Positions 28,986-37,901 of a DNA stretch of 64,000 bases are shown one piece after another. How positions within the stretch are numbered: the stretch's first letter is position 1; every line of letters begins with the position of its first letter. Source of the DNA: Candidatus Latescibacterota bacterium. Lineage in GTDB: Bacteria > Latescibacterota > UBA2968 > UBA8231. The position numbers and the translations under genes are program-made. The notes below the pieces were generated by a model. It saw only the letters and a list, made by a program, of their open reading frames with translations. It was not told the origin of the DNA and made no database searches. The stretch lies in assembly GCA_965203355.1 (NCBI GenBank), contig OZ241889.1, positions 3,104,001 to 3,168,000 on the forward strand, written 5' to 3'.

Positions 28986-30061
28986 TCGCTCGTCGGGCCG
29001 CTGATCTGCCGCTCGACGGAGGCGAGCGACTGATTGAGAAGTGCCGCTGCACGTACCGGCGAAATCAACTCTTCGCCCACTGCACGCGACACGAGACGTT
29101 CGAAACGATATGGCTTTTCGAAGGCCGCAAACCCGTGATCCTCGCCGATGGGCTCCGGTTCCGACTTGCGCCAAGAGCGCGCGAAGGTTGCGAAGGCGCG
29201 TTTGACGGCGCTGGAGGATAACACGCCGACCTGCCCCAGACGCATCAGGACGGCCGCCGCCGAGACGCCGTACATGTGCTTCAGGCGGATGATCTCGTAA
29301 TACGTAATCCAATGCCGGTCGCCGCCTACCTCGTCCCGCAGATGCTGGCTGGGGACAAGGAATGCGCCGGCGAACCTGTTCATGGCCGCCTCCATGTCGA
29401 TCGCTGGGTTTCCCGTAGAGCGGATGATTCGGTGGGCAAACTCGTGGGCCAGCGTGAATCGTTTACGCTCGACGTTGACCCGGCTGGACACCATAACGGC
29501 CTCGGCGATAGTCTCGCCACCCCGCAGTACGTGACACGACAGGCCGTTGATGCTCTCGGGGAGGTCGGCTTCGATCACCTTGATCCCCTTATCCTCGAGC
29601 AGTTCGCACAAGCTGGGAATGGGATCCATGCCAAGGTCCCAAGCCTTGCGGAGATGATCGGCCCTCTCGTCGATCTGGGTTTCGCTCGCGACGCAGTCGT
29701 ATCGGTATGCCTCCACCCAGCCAACGTCGGTTGGCATGTCGAGGATGTGCTCAATCACCAGATAACGTTCCAAGCTGTCGATAAGGATCGCTTCGGCTCT
29801 GGCACGGTCACGAGCCGAAGCACTGGAATGCCTTCGGAACTCCACCTCGTCGAGTGCCTCAACCTGTCCACTCATGAGAAAGTCCAGCGATACACTGAGA
29901 GCCTTGCCGAGCCCGACGAGTACAGCCGATGAAGGCAGCATCTTGCCCGCCTCGTACTTGCTAATCGCCTGAGCGGTCACCTTCGGAGTCATCGCGTCTG
30001 CGAGGGTACGCATGGAAAGGCCTGCCCGTTTGCGGGCGAGCCGAAGTCGCTGTCCGAACAT
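28982..30061 (-). CDS. XRE-family HTH fused to ImmA/IrrE (peptidase M78) domain
   Basis: RLRLARKRAGLSMRTLA...AISKYEAG HTH; RKRFTLAHEFAH (HExxH); E..MNRFAGAFLVP. Confidence 0.9.
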   Translation of the reverse strand: MFGQRLRLARKRAGLSMRTLADAMTPKVTAQAISKYEAGKMLPSSAVLVGLGKALSVSLDFLMSGQVEALDEVEFRRHSSASARDRARAEAILIDSLERYLVIEHILDMPTDVGWVEAYRYDCVASETQIDERADHLRKAWDLGMDPIPSLCELLEDKGIKVIEADLPESINGLSCHVLRGGETIAEAVMVSSRVNVERKRFTLAHEFAHRIIRSTGNPAIDMEAAMNRFAGAFLVPSQHLRDEVGGDRHWITYYEIIRLKHMYGVSAAAVLMRLGQVGVLSSSAVKRAFATFARSWRKSEPEPIGEDHGFAAFEKPYRFERLVSRAVGEELISPVRAAALLNQSLASVERQISGPTSE

Positions 30062-30087
30062 CCTCAGGGTCTCCTTGTTTAACCAGT

Positions 30088-30125
30088 GGTTGACAATTTA
30101 TGTATTCTTCAGGATATTGTAAACC
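30088..30125. promoter_or_regulatory. Overlapping divergent sigma70-like promoters inside a palindromic operator
   Basis: GGTTGACAAT-N18-ATTGTAAACC (9/10 inverted match). + strand TTGACA-N17-GATATT; - strand TTTACA-N17-TAAATT. Confidence 0.65.
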
Positions 30126-30213
30126 TCAAGTTGGTACCATCCACATAACCCCAACTTCGTGGCTGCAAACCGCCTGATGGTGCCAGAAACCAGATAGCAC
30201 AGAGGTGATTGAC

Positions 30214-30456
30214 ATGAAAAAATGCGAATTCAAAGTGAACGGCGAAACCTTCTTCGCGGACCAACAGTCGGTCGACGTGGCCGTGTTGCTGCGGGTCGCG
30301 TTCGAGGGAAAAGCGATCGGTGGGGATCCCGATAAGACAGGGTACGTGCTGAGGGTACCAGACTCGGAGGAGACCTTCGTTTCAGGCGAGACGGTGGACC
30401 TCGACAAGTACAACGTATTTCGGGCGACCCCGGAAAAGGGTGCGCCGTTCGCATGA
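30214..30456 (+). CDS. Ubiquitin-like (beta-grasp) protein
   Basis: 80 aa. FKVNG...LLRVAF...YVL...ETVDL...F pattern of multi-ubiquitin domains; C-terminus KG-APFA; operonic with E2 and E1. Confidence 0.7.
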   Translation: MKKCEFKVNGETFFADQQSVDVAVLLRVAFEGKAIGGDPDKTGYVLRVPDSEETFVSGETVDLDKYNVFRATPEKGAPFA

Positions 30457-30878
30457 GCAAGAACTCCGAGCGCATGGCCGCGGAACTCGTCGAGTTGCGC
30501 CATCGGCTGGGCCCGTTCACCGCGCCCAACCAACAGGGCGGTGCGGACGGCGTTTGCTTCGAGTACCGGATCGAGGACGGTAGCCGCACCGGGGACACCG
30601 TAACCTTGGCAGTCGCAGTCCACGAAAACGAGGGCGAGTGGCCCGAAGTGGCACCGCACTGGGTGTATATCTCGCCGCCAGATACTGTTCTGGCCGAGCA
30701 AGTGAAGGGGGGGCAGCCGCCGGGAGCCGTCGAGACTTGGCAATGCGCCGAGGGGCACGACTGGATGGCGATCAGCGCTCCGCCGAGCGATTTCTGGGAT
30801 CGGATCGACACACCGAACGGAAAGAACATGCAGACCTATCTGGACAGGCATATCCGCAGAATCTGGAGTGCTCGTTGA
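30453..30878 (+). CDS. Prokaryotic E2/UBC-like protein
   Basis: WPEVAPHWVYISPP (UBC-like xPxxPP) and WMAISAPP..FW motif. ATGA overlap with the Ubl gene. Confidence 0.7.
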   Translation: MSKNSERMAAELVELRHRLGPFTAPNQQGGADGVCFEYRIEDGSRTGDTVTLAVAVHENEGEWPEVAPHWVYISPPDTVLAEQVKGGQPPGAVETWQCAEGHDWMAISAPPSDFWDRIDTPNGKNMQTYLDRHIRRIWSAR

Positions 30879-32374
30879 GGCACCGCATCGTCCTGCGCGA
30901 AGTGCTGCACCGACAGCTCGCGGATCATCTGCTCAGCGGCATGCGGCACGGTGGGATGCAAGAGGAGGCCTGTCTTGCACTGTGGCACCGAGCCGACGGG
31001 TTCAACCGCTATACCGGGATACTCGGTGAGGTATTTCTCCCGGAAGATGGCGATCGCGATCTGCAGGGCAACGTTACGGTCCACGGCAAATACCTCAACC
31101 GCGTTCTGGACCATGCGATCGAGGCTCAGGCGGGCGTCGCGGTCCTTCACAGCCATCCCGGTCCCGGTTGGCAAGACCTGAGCGGCGTGGACAACGACAC
31201 GGAGCGCAACATCATCGCGCCCTTCATTCGAGAGACCGGGCTGCCTCTGCTCGGGCTGACGATGGGTTCAGACGGTGCCTGGAGCGCACGGTTCTGGCAG
31301 GAGTCCGTGTGCGGCCGGATCGCACCTGTGCATTGCACGGATGTTCGGCGGGTCGGGCCGCGCCACACCGGGGCGGACTGGCATCCGGACGCGTATCCGC
31401 CCTACGCTCGGCGTCCGAATCTGGTGAGGACCATCGACAGTTGGGGTATCGATGCACAGGCAAGGCTGGCGCGTACGCATGTTTGCGTGGTCGGTGCAGG
31501 AAGCGTTGGTTCGATCGTGCTCGAATGTCTCGCACGTACCGGGTTCGAAGAGATCACCGTCCTCGACCCGGACCTAGTCGAGGACAAGAACCTCGACCGT
31601 CTGATCTACGCTGATCGGCACTGCCTGGGATTGCGTAAAGCGGAGGTAGCCGCGGCACACCTCCGCAGAGTCGCCACTGCGCATCGTCCGGTCATTCGCC
31701 CGGTGCCATTTTCGATCCGCACCGAGCAGGCATACCGTCTGGCCGCCGACGCCGACATTATCCTGTGCTGTGTCGACAACGCCGAGGCGCGCGAGGTTAT
31801 CAATCACCTCGCCTACGCAAACTGCCTTCCGTTGATCGACGGCGGCGTTCTCGTGGAGTCGCGAGAGCGTCTGTTGTCCGCGAAATGGCAGGCCCATCTG
31901 GTTGGCCCCGACATGCAATGCCTGCGTTGTCGCGGTCAATACAACAGCGGTGATGCTCGAGATGAGCGGATGGGTATCAGGCGTCACGGACGCTACATCA
32001 ACGACGGTGTCGCGGATGGGCCGGAGCCGGGCCAGAACACGATCGGGTTCTGTGGCGTCGTGGCGGCCGAGCAGACACGAATGCTCATCCGCTACCTGAT
32101 CGGCGAGAATTGGTGGCACGACAGCGCACCTATCATCGGCCAATGGTCGTTTGAACACCGTTTCGTGGAGGCCCAAACCGAACCGTTCGAACACCCGGGT
32201 CGGTGCGTCGCGAGTTGCGAGTTCTCGCGTGATCGCCAGGGGCTCGGTGAAGGCGGAAGGCCCAAATACCCGTTCGCAGAGGTACCACAAGAAGATTGGT
32301 CTACCCTCATGAGGCGTCAATACCGGCAGGTTCGGACGAAGATGTGCCGAGCAATTGCAGCAGTACGATCCTGA
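30875..32374 (+). CDS. JAB/MPN metallopeptidase fused to ThiF/E1-like adenylyltransferase
   Basis: QEEAC...LHSHPGPGWQDLSGVD (E..HxH..S..D); VVGAGSVGS, DPDLVEDKNLDRL, CVDN..AR, CLRC. TTG start overlaps the E2 stop. Confidence 0.88.
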   Translation: MRHRIVLREVLHRQLADHLLSGMRHGGMQEEACLALWHRADGFNRYTGILGEVFLPEDGDRDLQGNVTVHGKYLNRVLDHAIEAQAGVAVLHSHPGPGWQDLSGVDNDTERNIIAPFIRETGLPLLGLTMGSDGAWSARFWQESVCGRIAPVHCTDVRRVGPRHTGADWHPDAYPPYARRPNLVRTIDSWGIDAQARLARTHVCVVGAGSVGSIVLECLARTGFEEITVLDPDLVEDKNLDRLIYADRHCLGLRKAEVAAAHLRRVATAHRPVIRPVPFSIRTEQAYRLAADADIILCCVDNAEAREVINHLAYANCLPLIDGGVLVESRERLLSAKWQAHLVGPDMQCLRCRGQYNSGDARDERMGIRRHGRYINDGVADGPEPGQNTIGFCGVVAAEQTRMLIRYLIGENWWHDSAPIIGQWSFEHRFVEAQTEPFEHPGRCVASCEFSRDRQGLGEGGRPKYPFAEVPQEDWSTLMRRQYRQVRTKMCRAIAAVRS

Positions 32375-32714
32375 CGCATCTGTTCGGAGTCCGCCTTGCC
32401 ACTTCATTGTTGCTTCCTCTCCGACCCATCTTGATGCACTGTGGCCGGTGTAGCGCACCATCTATCTGGTGTTCACACAAAGCCTTTGTCAGAATCCGGG
32501 AACAACGGAAACCATCAGAATCATAACAGATTGCGTGATACAGAAAGTTTCCTTCTTTCTGTGGCTGCTAGCTCTGAACCCACCTCAAAAGGCCTCTGGC
32601 CTGACCAGTCGATTTCGCGCCGCCAGGCTCTTCGCTTCCGCCTCATCCAGAAGCCCAAGCCAGTCTCGCGTTCTCAACAGGCTGTTCGCAACATATTTTC
32701 ACTAGGTTCGCAAA

Positions 32715-32731
32715 TTGGCACGGCTCTTGAA
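32715..32731 (+). promoter_or_regulatory. Putative sigma54 promoter
   Basis: TTGGCACGGCTCTTGAA (-24 perfect, -12 TTGA variant). Perfect inverted repeat ACAGAAAG-N7-CTTTCTGT at 32540-32562 upstream. Confidence 0.5.
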
Positions 32732-32923
32732 TACGGACTACTACGACCCTTCTTTAATGCTTTAACGGGTTGAATTTACTTTTTTAGAAAGGGCCAAATT
32801 AAAAGGAACCAATGCGGTAATCAGCCATCTTTAGAGAAGGATCATTGCCCAAAAAAAGGGGCTTCATACATCTGCGCTCCTGCTATCTCTAAGCAGGGCT
32901 AATTCATTGAAAGGAGGCACATC

Positions 32924-34747
32924 GTGCTGACTCGTTTAGTTCTATTCGCACTCGCTGTTAGTCTATGGGGCTGTGGAGACGACAGCGATCCGCCGCCCAC
33001 TGCGGCAGTCGTTGAGCCGACGGTTCTGCGGCCAAGCGGGGCGTTGCAACCTTGGGATCTGTCGCCCATTGTTCCGATTGACTCGGTTCGCTCCATGCCG
33101 GCGGGTACGACCGTATTCCTGCGCACGGAGTTTGCCCGCGGCGAACTGGCCGATCTCGAGATGACGCTTGTCCAAGTGGTCAATGATTTTTTGCCGCCCA
33201 TGCCGGTCTATATGCTCGAAGCCTCCGATCCCGTTTTGATACAGCTTGGGGGCATTGCTCAGGGGATGAGCGGTTCGCCCATTTTTACCGAGCAAGGCAC
33301 TTGGGGCGCCATTGCCTACGGATTTGATTCTCAAGACAGCCCGCCGTACTACTTTTTTGCCACCCCCATAGAATGGATGGTCGGCACGCGAGGCACGGTG
33401 CCAGCGGCCAAACCCATGGCTACCTGGGCTGGCAACCGCATTACCCCTTTGGAGATCCCCTTGTTGAGTGCGGGACTCAATCGGGTGCATCCGCGGCCTG
33501 AAGCAAGATCGTCCCTCCTAAGCAAAGCCAGCACCGCTAGTCTGACCCAAGAGCGCCAAGAGAGCTTTGAGGCCGGTCGCCCCTTGGTCGTTGGGTTGTT
33601 GCTCGGTGAGCATACGCTGGGTTCGCTGGGAACCATATCGTACGTCGATGGCGACCGGGTCTATGGATTTGGGCATCCTATGTCTAGTGCTGGGCCGGTG
33701 GAACTGCCCATTATAGAGGCACGGGTGCTCGGCGAAATTTCCAACTTGTCTGCCCCGTACAAGTTTGCAACCCTGAACCCAACGGTGCGGGGCACCCTGA
33801 CTGAAGACCGCTTGCCAGGGGTACGCGGCGTACTCAATGCGGAGCCTGCATTAGTACCTGTTAAGAGCGTCTATGCTTTTCCGTCGGGGGGCACGGTCGA
33901 ACTTACGCACCAGATGGCCGTCGGTCTCGAACCACATACCGTGACCGGTGTGGTCGCCAGTGCTTTTTTTGAGCCTTTGTTCAACCGACTTGACAACGAT
34001 CCCAATCACAGTATCCGCGTTACGACGGATGTTTCTTTTACCGGCTCTGATTCAACACTCACTCGCTCTCGGCTCTACTCCTCGTCAAGCGGACAACTTG
34101 TGAGAGCAATTGACAGTGCCTATGGCGACGTGTTAGACGCGCTTACGGAACTTACGACACGGAACGATTACGCCCTATATGTACGCGAGGCCGATGTGCA
34201 TGTCGAAGTGATTCCCGAGACTCGTTTTGCCACCGTGACAAAGATTGCGGCCGACACGGTTATCAGTCTTGGGAGTACGCTGGACATTACCACTTTGCTG
34301 CGCGTGGGAAGGGTCCGCGACCGGGAAGTCAAACTGGCCCTCAGCATACCGGATACGCTTCCCCCTGGCTTTTACCAACTCGAAGTGGGGGCCGCCGCAT
34401 CATTAGCGGACGCTGCCCTGTCGTTCGACAGCCCATCGTCGTCTGGCCTTTTTGGGGGCGAGGAAACGCTCGACGATGTTTTTGCGCGACTGAACAAACC
34501 CGCCGAAAATGTCGCCTTAAAAGCTCGCTTGACGTTTGTCGAGGCACGCAGAGAAGCTGAATTCTCCGATCCGTCGACTGATCTTGAAGGAGATGACGGC
34601 GAACCCACCGGAGATTTTAGTGATTTTTGGCCTCCGGACGCTTTCTCTTTCGACTCTTCTCCCGCGCCTATCTCTGCACAAGAAGACATCGATTTAGTGC
34701 TTGCAGGGACTCAAAGCCTTGCGATAGAAGTGGTAAAAGGAGAGTAG
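32924..34747 (+). CDS. SpoIVB peptidase S55-domain lipoprotein
   Basis: Lipobox LWGC; GGIAQGMSGSP, ATPIEWM, GFGHPM. AGGAGG RBS. Confidence 0.85.
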   Translation: MLTRLVLFALAVSLWGCGDDSDPPPTAAVVEPTVLRPSGALQPWDLSPIVPIDSVRSMPAGTTVFLRTEFARGELADLEMTLVQVVNDFLPPMPVYMLEASDPVLIQLGGIAQGMSGSPIFTEQGTWGAIAYGFDSQDSPPYYFFATPIEWMVGTRGTVPAAKPMATWAGNRITPLEIPLLSAGLNRVHPRPEARSSLLSKASTASLTQERQESFEAGRPLVVGLLLGEHTLGSLGTISYVDGDRVYGFGHPMSSAGPVELPIIEARVLGEISNLSAPYKFATLNPTVRGTLTEDRLPGVRGVLNAEPALVPVKSVYAFPSGGTVELTHQMAVGLEPHTVTGVVASAFFEPLFNRLDNDPNHSIRVTTDVSFTGSDSTLTRSRLYSSSSGQLVRAIDSAYGDVLDALTELTTRNDYALYVREADVHVEVIPETRFATVTKIAADTVISLGSTLDITTLLRVGRVRDREVKLALSIPDTLPPGFYQLEVGAAASLADAALSFDSPSSSGLFGGEETLDDVFARLNKPAENVALKARLTFVEARREAEFSDPSTDLEGDDGEPTGDFSDFWPPDAFSFDSSPAPISAQEDIDLVLAGTQSLAIEVVKGE

Positions 34748-34886
34748 CAGAGAGTCGTGGAGCCTTTGTCTGCATCGATCGCTTTTGCAGATGAAGGCTC
34801 CTTTCTCTGCTACTAGTCGGGATTATCCGGCCACTTAAGCTGCCGCACGCACGCCAGCCCCTCGGGCAACGACGCATATCCCTCCG

Positions 34887-35525
34887 CTAACGCCATTCCT
34901 CTGCGGTTGCGATCCGATTGACCGCTGTTGCCAGCCATTGGAATGCGGCTAATCTGTACAGAACACTAAAATCGTCAATCATTTCAGCCACGCGATGGAC
35001 ACTCGACCGCCAATTGAAGTGCTTTAGGCGACGCCCTTGTAGGCCGCTCGCCTGACTCAGAAGTTCGCGGATGCGTTTTTTGGGATCGGCTAACTCTTCA
35101 AGCCTTGTCACATCTGGCATGTCTAGGGGCTGAGTACCATTGGGATTGCCCGCAGCCCTTCTCAACGCAGCCTCGTTGATGAGCAACCACGCTTCCTGCA
35201 TCCGCACGGGCACCACGCAGACAACGCGTACCGAACCTTCCACGGAACTTTCCGCTAAAGCTCTACAAATTTCTGCCTCGCGCTCCTCGATTGAGTCACT
35301 CTCTGCGTCCCTATGCACAAAGAGCAGGTCGCAAGGATACAGTTCAACGCCTCTGTCAATGCGTTCAGAAAGTTTCCTAGGAGAGGGAGATAGACGGCGC
35401 AGGTCGGCAAACTCCGCTTGGATGGGAATCGCACCGCAGTACTGACGTAGCAGCCAAGTAAGAATCGGTAGAAGGGCACGGTCAGACGATCCGTCCGCCA
35501 CCAGCGTGTAGCGCAGTTCCTGCAT
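34887..35525 (-). CDS. DUF4276-like (TOPRIM-like) protein
   Basis: VADGSSD, FVHRDAE, VPVRMQEAWLL and EELADPK motifs. Lies downstream of an AAA_21 ATPase. Confidence 0.65.
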   Translation of the reverse strand: MQELRYTLVADGSSDRALLPILTWLLRQYCGAIPIQAEFADLRRLSPSPRKLSERIDRGVELYPCDLLFVHRDAESDSIEEREAEICRALAESSVEGSVRVVCVVPVRMQEAWLLINEAALRRAAGNPNGTQPLDMPDVTRLEELADPKKRIRELLSQASGLQGRRLKHFNWRSSVHRVAEMIDDFSVLYRLAAFQWLATAVNRIATAEEWR

Positions 35526-35541
35526 CCGGCACCAGATTTGC

Positions 35542-36990
35542 CTAGTAAAAAGACAGAAGAAGTTGCTGCATATCCTCCCTATCGACTACCCGCTTCTGTG
35601 TTGATGTCTCTATGTAATTCTTAGGCAGCACCGGGTTCAGATAAGGAAGCAGATCGCCGCGAGCGGCATCTTCGCTCACTTTGGCTCGCCAAGTATCGGA
35701 CAGGCCGAGAAAGTGAGCTTTTTTGCAGAGGCGTCCTTCCTCATCTATGGCCTCTCTTGCCTTTACAAATACGACGCTATCGTCCGGGACTTGTTGGAAT
35801 ACTGAAGGCGAGTGAGTATTGACGATCACTTGGCGTAGTGGATTGTCCTCTCCAACAGGCTCTTGGGTATCCACCGCAATATCCCTGAGCAGCTGCAGTA
35901 TAGCCGGGATCCGCGCCGGATGAATACCGTTTTCCGGTTCTTCCAAACAAATCACTCCCTGCATCTGCGGGTCGCTCTCCAAGACAGCCAAAGCGAGAAA
36001 GCGCAGGGTACCATCCGACAGGGCACGTGCCGGATGTAAGGTCCCCTCTTCGTTTTTTACATACAACGTCAATAGCTCCCGCTTCTCATCCCGCTCTATG
36101 TGAATATCATTCACACCCTCGATGAGTTCGGCCAAGCGGTTGGCGATCTGGCTATATACTTTTTGAGGGACCGAATCTACATGCCGCCCCAAGCGATACA
36201 ACGTAGCCGCCAGATAGCGACCATCCGCCTTTAAGTGAGTAGGAGCACCAAATTCATCGGGGCTTCTAAGTGCCGAAGGCTCCAGTTGCAACATTTGCCA
36301 AGATTCCATCTCTCGGCGAGCGACCAATGCCGTAGGGCTTTCCGCCGCATTGGCTGTGGAAAGCACGGTGCGCGGTAAATTAGCGGCGGATCGGGGCAAA
36401 GGACGCCCACTGCTGCCGCCATCCTGATGTAGTTTTATGACTCTGTTTTCTCCCTCGCCTGTAGTTGAAATGAAATAGGGGGCGTGGCGCTTGCCGTACA
36501 CGGCGGATTTGCGCCAGTCCTTTGCACTGTTGGGAAATAAGAGATGTCGCGGAGCATCACCGTGGGTGATATGGACTAATTCTTCTTTGACGATAGCGAG
36601 ATTACCTCGCACCAAGCTGTCGGCCGTCTCTCGGTAAGCAAGCTCTAGGGAATAGCGCAAAAATGTAATACTGGCCTTTGCCTCCTGCCCTAAGTCGTCA
36701 ATGGCCCACCGCGGCACGATCATCTCTGCCTCAAAGGTCATATGCTCAGCATAGTGGTCTCCCACGCGGTGAAAAAGGTCGCGCACATGTGCGGTGCGGC
36801 AGTCTTGATTGCGCACGGCGGCAGCGGCCTCCATGAGCGTGTGATTGGCCAATGCACTCAGAAACCGAATCGCGTCAAACAGGTTTGACTTACCCACCCC
36901 ATTCGGCCCAACTACACAGGTAAACGGACCGAGGTACAAATCCACATCCACCAGATTTTTGAAGTTAGCGACTTTCAGTCGAGTCAACAT
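35542..36990 (-). CDS. AAA_21/ABC-type (OLD/SMC-like) ATPase
   Basis: VANFKNL, GPNGVGKSN, LSDGTLRFL, LEEPENGIHP, NTHSP. Confidence 0.9.
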   Translation of the reverse strand: MLTRLKVANFKNLVDVDLYLGPFTCVVGPNGVGKSNLFDAIRFLSALANHTLMEAAAAVRNQDCRTAHVRDLFHRVGDHYAEHMTFEAEMIVPRWAIDDLGQEAKASITFLRYSLELAYRETADSLVRGNLAIVKEELVHITHGDAPRHLLFPNSAKDWRKSAVYGKRHAPYFISTTGEGENRVIKLHQDGGSSGRPLPRSAANLPRTVLSTANAAESPTALVARREMESWQMLQLEPSALRSPDEFGAPTHLKADGRYLAATLYRLGRHVDSVPQKVYSQIANRLAELIEGVNDIHIERDEKRELLTLYVKNEEGTLHPARALSDGTLRFLALAVLESDPQMQGVICLEEPENGIHPARIPAILQLLRDIAVDTQEPVGEDNPLRQVIVNTHSPSVFQQVPDDSVVFVKAREAIDEEGRLCKKAHFLGLSDTWRAKVSEDAARGDLLPYLNPVLPKNYIETSTQKRVVDREDMQQLLLSFY

Positions 36991-37166
36991 AGGCCATCTC
37001 CTCAGTGGGAGGACTTACATCTCTTGGTTCGTCTACAACCACTCACTATGCCAGATGTCCAATAATAGGCAACCTCTTAAACCCCGGCTAATTTTCAGCA
37101 TTGGCTCTACCAAGCCCGCGTTCTTAGCTTAAACAAATCATCCGCACTTAACCGACAGGAGCTATC

Positions 37167-37901
37167 ATGGTCGAAACCAACGACATCCAACGCCCTCCCA
37201 AAGACCTCGTCGAGGCCCTCGCCTCCATTTCCAGCGCGACCGCGGCCGGCGAACTGGCTCGCTTGGGCATCCGCGATCCCCACATCCAAGGCCCGGTCGC
37301 CCGCATCCCGGGCAAACACGTCGTCGGCCCGGCCCTGACCTTGCAGTTCATGCCCAAGCGCGAAGACCAATACTCGGTTGATGAATACGCCGACCCAGAA
37401 AAGCAACTCCACCGCCACGCCCTGTACCACACCCAACCCGGCGACATCATCGTCGTCGATGCGCGCGGCGACATGCACAGCGGCGTCTTCGGCGAGATGA
37501 TGCTCACTTTCTTCATGGGGCGCGGCGGCATTGGCGCGGTCATCGACGGCTGCATCCGCGACTTTCCCAAGGTGGTCGAAGACCTCGACATCGGGCTTTG
37601 GCTGCGCGGCACCACCCCCAACTTCCACACCCAGACCAATATCTTCCCCTTCGCAGTCAACCAGCCCATCGCCTGCGGCAACACCCTCGTCATGCCCGGC
37701 GACATCATCGTCGCCGACGACGACGGCGCCACCGTCGTCCCAGCCCAACTCGCCCCCGAACTGACCGAAAAGGCCCAAGCCCACGCCGAGTGGGAGGACT
37801 TCAGCCGCATGAAGCTGGCCGCGGGCGGGCACTTGCGCCAATACTACCCTCTCAGCGAAGAAGCCCGCGCCGAGTACGAAACCTGGAAAAAGGAACAATG
37901 A
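37167..37901 (+). CDS. RraA/HMG-aldolase family protein
   Basis: GPALTL, VVDARG...GVFGE, VIDGCIRD, PGDIIVADDDG. Confidence 0.88.
   Translation: MVETNDIQRPPKDLVEALASISSATAAGELARLGIRDPHIQGPVARIPGKHVVGPALTLQFMPKREDQYSVDEYADPEKQLHRHALYHTQPGDIIVVDARGDMHSGVFGEMMLTFFMGRGGIGAVIDGCIRDFPKVVEDLDIGLWLRGTTPNFHTQTNIFPFAVNQPIACGNTLVMPGDIIVADDDGATVVPAQLAPELTEKAQAHAEWEDFSRMKLAAGGHLRQYYPLSEEARAEYETWKKEQ

Noticed and set aside
28986-29312. N-terminal extension of the PIN ORF (283 aa)
   Set aside because: It lies inside the XRE-ImmA gene. The PIN motif begins right after GTG 28985.
30638-30874. N-terminal extension of the JAB-E1 ORF given in the ORF track (578 aa)
   Set aside because: It overlaps the E2-like gene. 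The coupled TTG at 30875 is the more plausible start.
30875-32374. ThiF/MoeB as a thiamine or molybdopterin biosynthesis enzyme, or as CBASS Cap2/Cap3
   Set aside because: No thi/moa genes or CD-NTase are nearby. It is coupled instead to an E2-like gene and a non-GG Ubl.
23221-32454. Inverted 9-mer gctacaccg / cggtgtagc near both ends of the RM-Ubl island as possible element termini
   Set aside because: Short enough to arise by chance in two intergenic regions, with no TSD or recombinase to support it.
37598-37897. Extended start of the arylsulfatase (687 aa)
   Set aside because: It overlaps the RraA-family gene with low-complexity Arg/Pro sequence. ATG 37898 has an RBS and an ATGA overlap.
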